In this document: one piece after another, positions 18,635 through 27,389 of the stretch
Position numbering within the stretch: position 1 is the first letter of the stretch
How the letters are laid out: each line of letters starts with the position of its first letter
Assembly: GCA_964546435.1 (NCBI GenBank)
Contig: CAZJKJ010000001.1
Coordinates: 75,470-139,469 of the forward strand
Reading direction: 5' to 3'
Length of the DNA stretch: 64,000 bases
From: an uncultured Cellvibrionaceae bacterium
GTDB lineage: Bacteria; Pseudomonadota; Gammaproteobacteria; Pseudomonadales; Cellvibrionaceae
Made by a program: the position numbers and the translations under genes
Notes under the pieces: generated by a model
What the model was told of the DNA's origin: nothing
Seen by the model: the letters and a program-made list of their open reading frames with translations, nothing else
Databases searched by the model: none

Positions 18635-20749
18635 TCAGCGACGGCGCAGCGTCTGGCGATTCCTGGGCCGGTTGACTCTGACCCCACCGCGGCGCAGTTT
18701 TTTCTCGCCTGGAATAAGGGCGTGCGGGCCGTCGCCGATCAGATCGGGACGTCCCATTTTCAGAAATGCCTCGCGGAGCATCGGCCAGTTGGCTTCGTCA
18801 TGAAACCGCAGCAAAGCTTTCTGGAAGCGCCGCTGGGGCAAGGATTTGGCCGTGTTCACGCCGCGGCTTTTATAAGTCACCTTGCGCAGGGGATCTTTGC
18901 CGGAATAATACATGGCGGTGGCCATCGCCATAGGCGAGGGGTAGAACGTCTGGACCTGATCGAGCCGGTATTTGTTGTCTTTGAGCCAAAGCGCGAGATT
19001 GATCATGTCATCGTCCTCGCACCCCGGATGCGCCGCGATGAAATAAGGAATCAGGTACTGCTTCTTGCCCGCCTCTTTGGAGAATCGCTCGAACATCGCC
19101 TTGAACTTCTCATAGGCGCCAATGCCCGGCTTCATCATCTGGTTCAGCGGGCCGTCTTCGGTGTGCTCCGGTGCAATTTTCAGGTAGCCGCCAACGTGAT
19201 GCGTGACCAGCTCCTTCACATATTCGGGATCTTCGACCGCGAGGTCATAGCGCAACCCCGACGCGATCGCAATGCGTTTGATTCCGGGAAGCGCCCGGGC
19301 TTTGCGATACAGCCGGGTGGTGGGCGAATGGTCGGTAATCAGATTCTTGCAGATACCTGGAAATACACAGGACAAGCGCCGGCAACTTGCCAAAATGGCG
19401 GGGCTGCGGCAGGTCAGGCGATACATGTTCGCCGTGGGGCCGCCGAGATCGGAAATCGTCCCCGTAAAGCCGGGAACCTTGTCGCGGATATCTTCTATTT
19501 CCTGAAGGATCGACTCCTCCGACCGACTCTGGATAATCCGACCTTCGTGTTCAGTAATTGAACAGAAAGTACAACCGCCAAAACACCCCCGCATGATATT
19601 GACTGACGTCTTGATCATGTCGTAGGCGGGAATGGGCGACTTCCCGTAAACCGGGTGCGGAACTCGCGCATACGGAAGACCGAAAACCGCGTCCATTTCG
19701 TCAGTTTCCAGAGGAATCGGCGGCGGATTTATCCAGACCTCCCAGTGACCGTGTTTCTGTATCAGGGCGCGGGCATTATGGGGATTCGATTCGAGATGCA
19801 AGACCCGGGATGCGTGGGAATACAAAGCCCTGTCGTTGCGGACCTTCTCGAAGGACGGCAACCGGATATAAGTGATGGCCGGATCCAGTTCATATTGCCG
19901 GTGAACCGGCATGGGCAGGATCCGCACCGGCACCGGCGCATCCGGGTCTACCGGCGGTTCGTCGCTCTTGCAGGACTGGGTCTGGGTGTCCTTGTATTCG
20001 TAGGGATTCGGAATGGTGTCGATATTTTTGGGCCAGTCGATCCGGGTCGAGTCAATCTCGGTCCACCCCGACGGAGGCAGTTTGCGCAGAAATGCCGTGC
20101 CCCGAACCTCGTCAATCTGCTCGATCGGCTCACCCGCGGCCAGCCGATGAGCTACTTCAATGATCGCCCGCTCGGCATTGCCAAACAGCAGCAGATCCGC
20201 AGCACTGTCCACCAGCACCGACCGCCGCACCTGGTCGCTCCAGTAATCGTACTGGGCAATACGGCGCAGACTCGCTTCAATACCGCCGATCACCACCGGC
20301 ACATCCCCGTAAGCCTCACGGCAGCGGTGGCTGTAGACGGTAACCGCCCGATCGGGCCGCTTGCCGCCTTCGTTATCCGGTGTATAGGCGTCGTCCGAGC
20401 GCTGGCGCAAATCCGAGGTATAACGGTTGATCATCGAATCCATATTGCCGGCGGAGACGCCGAAAAACAGGTTGGGGCGCCCCAGGGCTTTGAACGGCTC
20501 GGCTGAAGTCCAGTCCGGTTGCGCAATAATGCCCACCCGAAACCCCTGGTTTTCCAGAAGACGGCCGATGACGGCGGTTCCGAAACTGGGGTGATCGACA
20601 TAAGCATCCCCGCTCACGATGATCACATCGCAACTATCCCACCCGAGCGCATCCATTTCGGCCTTTGACATGGGCAGAAACGGCGCCGGACCAAAACACT
20701 CGGCCCAGTATTTGGGATAGGTCAGAAGATTCTTTGCAGGTACCAACAT
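18635..20749 (-). CDS. ygiQ: YgiQ family radical SAM protein (UPF0313)
   Basis: N-terminus [31 protein letters not shown]. Radical-SAM cluster region [12 protein letters not shown]. About 700 aa with a basic C-terminus. Confidence 0.9.
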   Translation of the reverse strand: MLVPAKNLLTYPKYWAECFGPAPFLPMSKAEMDALGWDSCDVIIVSGDAYVDHPSFGTAVIGRLLENQGFRVGIIAQPDWTSAEPFKALGRPNLFFGVSAGNMDSMINRYTSDLRQRSDDAYTPDNEGGKRPDRAVTVYSHRCREAYGDVPVVIGGIEASLRRIAQYDYWSDQVRRSVLVDSAADLLLFGNAERAIIEVAHRLAAGEPIEQIDEVRGTAFLRKLPPSGWTEIDSTRIDWPKNIDTIPNPYEYKDTQTQSCKSDEPPVDPDAPVPVRILPMPVHRQYELDPAITYIRLPSFEKVRNDRALYSHASRVLHLESNPHNARALIQKHGHWEVWINPPPIPLETDEMDAVFGLPYARVPHPVYGKSPIPAYDMIKTSVNIMRGCFGGCTFCSITEHEGRIIQSRSEESILQEIEDIRDKVPGFTGTISDLGGPTANMYRLTCRSPAILASCRRLSCVFPGICKNLITDHSPTTRLYRKARALPGIKRIAIASGLRYDLAVEDPEYVKELVTHHVGGYLKIAPEHTEDGPLNQMMKPGIGAYEKFKAMFERFSKEAGKKQYLIPYFIAAHPGCEDDDMINLALWLKDNKYRLDQVQTFYPSPMAMATAMYYSGKDPLRKVTYKSRGVNTAKSLPQRRFQKALLRFHDEANWPMLREAFLKMGRPDLIGDGPHALIPGEKKLRRGGVRVNRPRNRQTLRRR

Positions 20750-20966
20750 AGCGCTATAGCTTTCTCGAGGGAGACCCGCCGAATGCGGGCGCGTATTGTC
20801 CCAGAAATGGATGCATAAGCCTAGCGTCTGTTCCTGTTTTGCGGTACCCCATTGATATATAAGAACAAGCTCGTTTAGCTGTAGCTCTCACACAACAACA
20901 AAGACGAGCTTGCAATGCCCCGATTACTGCTCAGCGGTGAGCTTTGGTCGAAGCTGCGGACAATCA

Positions 20967-23573
20967 TCAAGCTATCGGGTTGGACATGTCAGTCACCACC
21001 AGCGGCTTTGCTGCCAGCGGCGCAGCCACTGGCGTCTTGATCAGCCATGGCGCAAAGACCGCGATCACAAACAATGACATAAGACCGCTTATAGCAAGCG
21101 AGGCAGACACCAGCGCACCCAAATGCACCACAGGTTCATACTCCGCCAGCAATAGCGACAAAAAGCCCAGGGAAAAGACAAGAACGTTAAACATGATCGA
21201 CTTGCCGGAACTGCGCACAGCCTGAATTATTGCATCATCCAACGGCAATTCAAGAACGTCGAGACCGTGGCGTATTCGCAGGTTGAAGTGCACCGCGTAA
21301 TCCACTATCCCCACAACCAGAAAGGCTATGATGGCCGTACCTATGTTCAGATCGATACCAGCCAATGGCATCATCCCGTAGAAAAAGACGAGTGTTACCG
21401 CCAACGGTAACGTCGTCATCAATGCGCTACGCAGTGATTTCATCCAGATCGCAACCACGACAAACACTGCGAACAAGGCCAGCAATGTGCTCTGCACCTG
21501 ACCGTTGAGAATTTCATCAAGAACACCGGTCCAGATTACCGGTGTGCCCGCGAGCGTTACGGTCAGATACTCCGGCTTGTTCTCGGCCAACCAGTCATTG
21601 AGCGTAGCCAGGAGAGCCTGGTATTGCGTCGCACGGGTGGTGTTCATGGTGAATAACACTGCCGTTTTGGAAAAATCACTGTTCAATACGTTGGTAAGAT
21701 CAGCACCGCCACCGTTTTCATAAAGCACAATTGACTGACGCACGATGTCATCACCGCGGACGGTTTCAGTCGTCACGTCACCGTTCTCGTCACGATCGCT
21801 AAAAATTTCCTCTGCGTCAGGTACGCGGTTGTAGGCGGGATTCATGTCATTCATAACATAGAAAATCCGCTTTATATAGGTTGCGAGTGAGTAGGTATAG
21901 GTCACGTTTTCCTGGGTCAGCAGAAATTTGTCCAGCTCGTCGATAAACTTCACTGTCTCTACCGAGAAAATTTCACTGTCTGATTGCGCTTCAAACATAA
22001 TCCAGCCCGGGCTGGTACCCGCTACATGGGAATTCACGAAGTCGTCCGATATTCGATACTGGTTGTCTGGTTTGAAATACTCCGCACCTGCATCTTCGAT
22101 ATTGATTCTGCTTGCGCTGGCTGCCGCACCTGCAAGTAATATAAAAAACCCGGCCATAGCCAGGCGACGATGCTGCAATAGACCTGACATAACACGGGCA
22201 AGAAACTCTGCCAGTCGGTCTGGACGTACCCGTTCCTTTTCACTGACGGGCTTTTTAGTCGCCCAGATGCTCAACCAGGCAGGAATCAGAAGCAGTGAGA
22301 TGATCTGCGCTGTTACCAATCCTGCCGCCATGTAAATTCCGAAGTTGCGAATGCCCTCAATATCGGTTGCGGACGACACAAGAAATGCGACCACGGTCGT
22401 AACTGTGGTCAAGAGAACCGGCGACACCATCACTCTCATCGTGTTGTCCACCGCTGCCCGGTTATCGATACCCGATTTTTTCTCTGAAAAGTATTCCGCC
22501 ATGATATGGATGGCATCGGCGCCGCAAATGGTAATGAGAAATACCGGCAACACGCTGGTGATCAAATCCAGCGGAGTGCCGAACAGTGCCATCATCCCGA
22601 GTGTCCAGATACTGCACATAATTACATTTATCAGCGGCAACGCAATGCCTAAAGGCTTTCTGAAAAATGCGATTAGAATGATCGCCACGATCAGGATAAC
22701 CAGGGGAAACAGGACGGCCATTTCCTTATCAATCAGGCGTTTTTGCTCCGCGAAAAAAATCGGTACGCCGGCTATATGAATCTGATCCGTAAATTCCGGA
22801 TGTCCTTGCTGATAATCCGCAACAATTTTTGAGAAAGCTCCGTAGGCACGTAACTGGCCTTCTGCATCATCCTGCTTTATACCCAGTTCGACGACAGTCA
22901 GCGCAACCTTTCCGTCCTCGGAAATGACGCCGTTCAACAGCATTTCGTTTTCCATAACTTCCCGGCGTACCGCGTCCGGATCTACCTCGAAACTGTTCAC
23001 GCTCGGTCTCGCGACGAGCGTGCCCTGTTCATCAATAAATATGTTTTCACTCGCCGCTATGCCGGCCAGTTCCTCTATTGGATTCAGCCTGTGCGGAAGA
23101 AATCTAAAAAAGCTCGATTCCGCTCGCTGCAAAGGCAGGGTACTCGCAACTTGTAACAGGCGCTGAGCGTCAAAAAAATCGCTTTGTTGAAAACCGTCGG
23201 CCAGTATGGCGTTGCCGATTTCCCCCAGCGCGGGGTACTTCTTTATCAAGGCTTCCAGCTGTCGCTGATCACTGTCGTTGGTCAATATCATGGTGCGCGA
23301 TGTTTGTGCAAAGTGAAACGCAGCGTGCAGAGACTCACGATTGAACACATCAATCTCGTTTACCTGAGCAATGAGAACCGCGTCAAATGTGCCGGTGAAC
23401 ATCGATTGCATGTCGATAATCGATTTCCGTGCGGGATGACTCTCTGGCAACAGGTATGGATTGCTATCCGCAGTTAATCCTCCCAGCGCATAGATAAAGA
23501 ACCCTGTTAGTATCGCGAGCCCGGCGAGGATCAGCTTTGCGAATTTGTGGACAAAATTCAGGTACCTGCTCAT
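20967..23573 (-). CDS. MMPL/RND-superfamily (HAE3-like) inner-membrane exporter
   Basis: 868 aa with two blocks of about 6 TM helices, each preceded by a large periplasmic loop. Adjacent to a LolA-like gene, as in aryl-polyene-type export modules. Confidence 0.8.
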   Translation of the reverse strand: MSRYLNFVHKFAKLILAGLAILTGFFIYALGGLTADSNPYLLPESHPARKSIIDMQSMFTGTFDAVLIAQVNEIDVFNRESLHAAFHFAQTSRTMILTNDSDQRQLEALIKKYPALGEIGNAILADGFQQSDFFDAQRLLQVASTLPLQRAESSFFRFLPHRLNPIEELAGIAASENIFIDEQGTLVARPSVNSFEVDPDAVRREVMENEMLLNGVISEDGKVALTVVELGIKQDDAEGQLRAYGAFSKIVADYQQGHPEFTDQIHIAGVPIFFAEQKRLIDKEMAVLFPLVILIVAIILIAFFRKPLGIALPLINVIMCSIWTLGMMALFGTPLDLITSVLPVFLITICGADAIHIMAEYFSEKKSGIDNRAAVDNTMRVMVSPVLLTTVTTVVAFLVSSATDIEGIRNFGIYMAAGLVTAQIISLLLIPAWLSIWATKKPVSEKERVRPDRLAEFLARVMSGLLQHRRLAMAGFFILLAGAAASASRINIEDAGAEYFKPDNQYRISDDFVNSHVAGTSPGWIMFEAQSDSEIFSVETVKFIDELDKFLLTQENVTYTYSLATYIKRIFYVMNDMNPAYNRVPDAEEIFSDRDENGDVTTETVRGDDIVRQSIVLYENGGGADLTNVLNSDFSKTAVLFTMNTTRATQYQALLATLNDWLAENKPEYLTVTLAGTPVIWTGVLDEILNGQVQSTLLALFAVFVVVAIWMKSLRSALMTTLPLAVTLVFFYGMMPLAGIDLNIGTAIIAFLVVGIVDYAVHFNLRIRHGLDVLELPLDDAIIQAVRSSGKSIMFNVLVFSLGFLSLLLAEYEPVVHLGALVSASLAISGLMSLFVIAVFAPWLIKTPVAAPLAAKPLVVTDMSNPIA

Positions 23574-23585
23574 AACCGTTATTCC

Positions 23586-24452
23586 TTATTTTATTAATAT
23601 TTTTCCGGATTTCAGCGCGGTCTTCAGCGCAGGGAGCGCAAACAATGCCTCATCGATCCCGACGTTGTATTTTACCTTCGAGAATATCAAGCGAGACTTG
23701 TCTCCCGAGACATGGTTAACCGCCTCGCTCGTCAGGACTGTCCATACTCCGTCGATTTCATCTACATCCAGGGCAGTAATGGTTTTAAAGGCGATACCCT
23801 TTACGTCAAAATAGGTCTCCCGCAACAGAATATTCCGTTCCTTGTCGACCCAGACAATGCCTTTGTGGTAGCCGGTTTTGCGGATGATCGCATCGGAAGC
23901 CGGTGTCCGCTCGATCTTATAGGAGGGACGCCCGCCAACCTCTTCCTCTCCAGCCAGTGTCTGCCGATAATCCCCGACACGCACCTTATCCAGATCAATG
24001 TATGCATATTCACTCCCCATAAACGCACCGCGTTTATCACTGGCCGACACTCTGCGGTTTTGCCTGAACGCCGGGAGATACATCCACTGGTCGGCCTCCT
24101 GCTGTTTGCTTTCCTCGTAATTGATCGTCTGGAAACCCACGCCCTTGACGTCGGCGGGACTGGTAAAATAAATCGCCATTGCTGAATCCTGGCCCTGGTC
24201 TTTTTGCAGGTAATACATTTCCCGTTTGCGAATCTTGCCTTTGCTGTCTTCCAGCTCCATCACGACCTCGGAGTAGATATCTTTGCCGTCATCACGGTCC
24301 CTGACCTGCTCCAGAATCTTGTCGGCAGTCGGAGGCGATGTCTTTGCGAAGTCGGCGGCGAGGGCGCCGGTCATCGAGAGTATGAGAGGGGCAAGCAACA
24401 GCGGACGCGCGCACCGAGACGAAATTCTCTTCATGGCAGAAGTTCTCTTCAT
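23586..24452 (-). CDS. LolA-like outer-membrane lipoprotein-sorting protein family
   Basis: Signal peptide, then the motif WMYLPAFRQNRRVSASDKRGAFMGSEYAYIDL, typical of the LolA_like family. An alternative ATG lies at 24434. Confidence 0.75.
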   Translation of the reverse strand: MKRTSAMKRISSRCARPLLLAPLILSMTGALAADFAKTSPPTADKILEQVRDRDDGKDIYSEVVMELEDSKGKIRKREMYYLQKDQGQDSAMAIYFTSPADVKGVGFQTINYEESKQQEADQWMYLPAFRQNRRVSASDKRGAFMGSEYAYIDLDKVRVGDYRQTLAGEEEVGGRPSYKIERTPASDAIIRKTGYHKGIVWVDKERNILLRETYFDVKGIAFKTITALDVDEIDGVWTVLTSEAVNHVSGDKSRLIFSKVKYNVGIDEALFALPALKTALKSGKILIK

Positions 24453-25663
24453 GGCAATAGGTATCCAATAGTCATTTTGATTCGGTCGGAGTCTGCGAAC
24501 TGCCCCATAAGGCTGCCGCGCTCCCCGGATAATAGGTCCAGTGCAAGTTCGACCTTTAAATGGTCGCTCAGGCTGTACGTGCTCTGGATCTGAAAGAGTG
24601 AATCCTCACCATGCGCCAGGAATTGTGCATGACTGATGCGGGCTTCGAGTTTGCCGTCGAGGATGATCCCCTGCAATGAGAGCGTCATGAGCGGGTTGTC
24701 CTCTGTCTGGGTAAAATCAGCTTGCCAGTCGTGCGTCAGACGATCGTTGTACTGAAAGGTCACCATCCAGTCCCGGATGAGGTAATCCCATCCGATCAGC
24801 CAGTTCGAAACATCACTTGTCGCGATGCTGCTGGCCGTGTTCATCGACATCCCCAGATTTCGCGCAACCTCTGCGCGAATAACGTGTCCGCCCAGTGCAA
24901 AACTGGTCGAGGCGCCCAGCATGTCGTAGCGGTGGAATTCCTCCTGCAAAACAAAGCTGTTCTCCGCCTGCATCACCAGCCGGTATACGGGATTGTCATC
25001 ATAGCTGCGCAGTGCAACGGCGCTGAAATCAAAACGGCCGAACTGGCGTGATACCCGTAACCCCGCTTCATCGCCCAGACTATCCGTGTCAGCTTCAATT
25101 ACCGGCATTGCCGCTACAACCGGATCACGACTGAACAAGGAAAATTCTGCTCCCTGCGCTGCCTGACGGTTTTCGCGGAATTCAGGGATGTATAAAATCT
25201 CGAGTTCCCAGTCGCTGATGTAGCCATTTACCTTCAGCATGGGAATCGCAAGCCGGCGTTCGCTCAATTCGGGCAATATGAATTCACGCAGATCCTCCGG
25301 ATTGACCTGATCTATGACCCGCAGCTCGTCGGCCCGCCCCCAGACAACCTGCTGCCATCCCAGAGCGAAATCCCATCCGTACATGCTGGTTCCGACATAC
25401 AGGTCGCGCCAGTCGAAATGGTCGGTGCGCTCACCGTCACTGGCGATTGCGTCCCAGCTGTCTTCCCGATACCGTGCAGCCGCAACCCAATAAAATTTAT
25501 CGTAGTGGTCTTCAGCCCCCAGACGGACGGTGAATTCCGAATGATCCGAAATCGCCATATCCTGAAGATTTCTGGAGACGCCGGCATCGATACGGCCTTG
25601 CAGATCCAGAGCCTGCGCGGATTGCACGACGCATATCATCCACACAAACCTCAGGCTCCGCAC
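24449..25663 (-). CDS. secreted protein, candidate outer-membrane beta-barrel (DUF1302-like)
   Basis: Signal peptide MRSLRFVWMICVVQSAQA. Alternating hydrophobic strands rich in aromatic and Gly residues. ATGA overlap with the LolA-like gene. Confidence 0.5.
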   Translation of the reverse strand: MRSLRFVWMICVVQSAQALDLQGRIDAGVSRNLQDMAISDHSEFTVRLGAEDHYDKFYWVAAARYREDSWDAIASDGERTDHFDWRDLYVGTSMYGWDFALGWQQVVWGRADELRVIDQVNPEDLREFILPELSERRLAIPMLKVNGYISDWELEILYIPEFRENRQAAQGAEFSLFSRDPVVAAMPVIEADTDSLGDEAGLRVSRQFGRFDFSAVALRSYDDNPVYRLVMQAENSFVLQEEFHRYDMLGASTSFALGGHVIRAEVARNLGMSMNTASSIATSDVSNWLIGWDYLIRDWMVTFQYNDRLTHDWQADFTQTEDNPLMTLSLQGIILDGKLEARISHAQFLAHGEDSLFQIQSTYSLSDHLKVELALDLLSGERGSLMGQFADSDRIKMTIGYLLP

Positions 25664-26397
25664 AGGCTGCCTCCGTCTACTACCCAGCTTTGCGCGGTAA
25701 TTCCGGCGGCTTGATCGCTGGCAAGAAAAGCCACGACGCTGGCCACCTCCCCGGAATCGATCAAGCGCCGCAGGGGTATCCGCTTTCGCGCCTGCCTTAT
25801 AACATTCCTCAAATCCGAGCCAATGGAATCGGCGCGATGCTGCAGCTCATCACGCAACATCGGTGTGTCAACCCAGCCGGGCAAAACCGCATTTACCGTA
25901 GTTCCTTGCGGTGCCAGATCAAGCGCAAGCGCTTTGGTAAATCCGATTAGCCCGTGCTTTGAGGCGCAGTAGGCGGTATTACGGGTGCCGCCAACCTTCC
26001 CCAGAACGGACGCAATATTTATGACGCGGCCATTAGGGGCAAGAAAAGGCAGCACACCGCTGGTTATATAGAACGCGCCGCTGAGATTAACGCCGATGAC
26101 GCGATTCCAGAGTTTACGGTCAGCCGGATCATTCTCGTCAGAAATGCCCGCACTGTTTACCAATATGTGCACCTGCCCAAATCTGCTTATGACGGGCAGC
26201 AAATCGGCGTCAATGTCCGCTGCATTGCTTACATCGAGACAGACGCAGGTGTGTTCGATCTGCAGTGAGGCGCTGAGTGATTCCAGGCGTTCTTCATTTT
26301 TATCAATGGCGATGACATGATCCACCGCATGTTGCAGTTGTGCAGTTATCGCTTCGCCTATGCCACTGGCTGCGCCAGTAATGACCAATACTTTCAT
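25651..26397 (-). CDS. SDR family oxidoreductase (ketoreductase-like)
   Basis: MKVLVITGAASGIGEAI (TGxxxGxG), NSAG, and YCASKHG (YxxxK). The ORF opens at 26421, but the ATG at 26397 has AAGGGA upstream. Confidence 0.85.
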   Translation of the reverse strand: MKVLVITGAASGIGEAITAQLQHAVDHVIAIDKNEERLESLSASLQIEHTCVCLDVSNAADIDADLLPVISRFGQVHILVNSAGISDENDPADRKLWNRVIGVNLSGAFYITSGVLPFLAPNGRVINIASVLGKVGGTRNTAYCASKHGLIGFTKALALDLAPQGTTVNAVLPGWVDTPMLRDELQHRADSIGSDLRNVIRQARKRIPLRRLIDSGEVASVVAFLASDQAAGITAQSWVVDGGSLCGA

Positions 26398-26420
26398 TGC
26401 ATTTTCCCTTTGCCCAAACA

Positions 26421-27161
26421 TCAGGCCATCTTCAGCCCGCCATTAACGTGCAGTATTTCGCCGGTTATATACGCTGCTTCATCACTGGCCAGATAGGCGA
26501 CCGCGCCGGCGATTTCATCGGGGCGCCCGTATCGCTTTGTCAGCAACCGGTTGAATATCTCGACTTCGCCAAGTTCACGCACTTGAGACGACATGTCGGT
26601 CGCAATGACTCCCGGTGCAACGGCATTGACCCGAATATTTCTGGGCGCCAGCTCGACCGCCATCGCTTTAGTAAACGATTCAAGACCTCCTTTTGAAGCG
26701 GCATAATTGGACTGCCCTTTGCCCGGCCGTGTCGCAGAAACTGACGAAATATTGACAATGCACCCCTGCCTGCGACGCATCATTGGCCGGGACGCGGCTT
26801 GTGTGCAGTAGATCGGACCCAGCAAATTCGCCTGTATTACGGCTTCCAGATCCGAAATATCCATCATGCTTAACAAATTGTCGCGGTTAATACCGGCGTT
26901 ATTAACGAGAACATCAATTTGTCCAAAGCGGTCAAGCGTGAAATCAATCAGCATCTGCGCTTCATCCGCGCAACTGACATCGGCTTTGCATTTAACCGCT
27001 TTGCCGTTTTTGCTTTCAATTTCGGCCACCACTTCCAGTGCAGCCATTTCGTGCCGGGCGTAGTTGACGATCACTTGATAGCCCAACCCGGACAGTCTGA
27101 TTGCAATTGCTTTGCCTATACCACGGCTCGCACCCGTTACAATCGCTATTTTGGGTAACAT
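26421..27161 (-). CDS. fabG: 3-oxoacyl-ACP reductase
   Basis: IAIVTGASRGIGKAIA, NNAGI, YAASKGG, 246 aa. Classic FabG layout. Confidence 0.85.
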   Translation of the reverse strand: MLPKIAIVTGASRGIGKAIAIRLSGLGYQVIVNYARHEMAALEVVAEIESKNGKAVKCKADVSCADEAQMLIDFTLDRFGQIDVLVNNAGINRDNLLSMMDISDLEAVIQANLLGPIYCTQAASRPMMRRRQGCIVNISSVSATRPGKGQSNYAASKGGLESFTKAMAVELAPRNIRVNAVAPGVIATDMSSQVRELGEVEIFNRLLTKRYGRPDEIAGAVAYLASDEAAYITGEILHVNGGLKMA

Positions 27162-27389
27162 CTATATAGCCTCCATCACCTGGTTTTCCATTGTGCAAGG
27201 AAGTCCCTGCCTTCTTTCTCAAAAACATAAGAAAAAGCACGGATTTTTTTGCTCGTAGTCTCAATCACGCGCGGGATTTCTGGCGACGAATTTTTACATC
27301 GCGTTGCAGCGTCTTGCGTAATTGTCGGCACGCGTTTTGTTTATAGGATGAAGCGATTTCGGACGCGCTTAATTGCAAGATTCGGAAGG

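Noticed and set aside
17579-19561. 660-aa plus-strand ORF, the longest unexplained ORF in the track
   Set aside because: It lies entirely antisense to the well-supported serC and ygiQ genes. Its composition is the Arg/Gly/Ala/Pro-rich kind typical of shadow frames in GC-rich DNA, and it has no recognisable motif.
27162-27389. 228-nt spacer inside cluster A, a possible internal promoter, terminator or small ORF
   Set aside because: I found no convincing hairpin plus U-tract and no -35/-10 pair. The ORFs here (27265-27498, 27016-27264) overlap real genes and look spurious.
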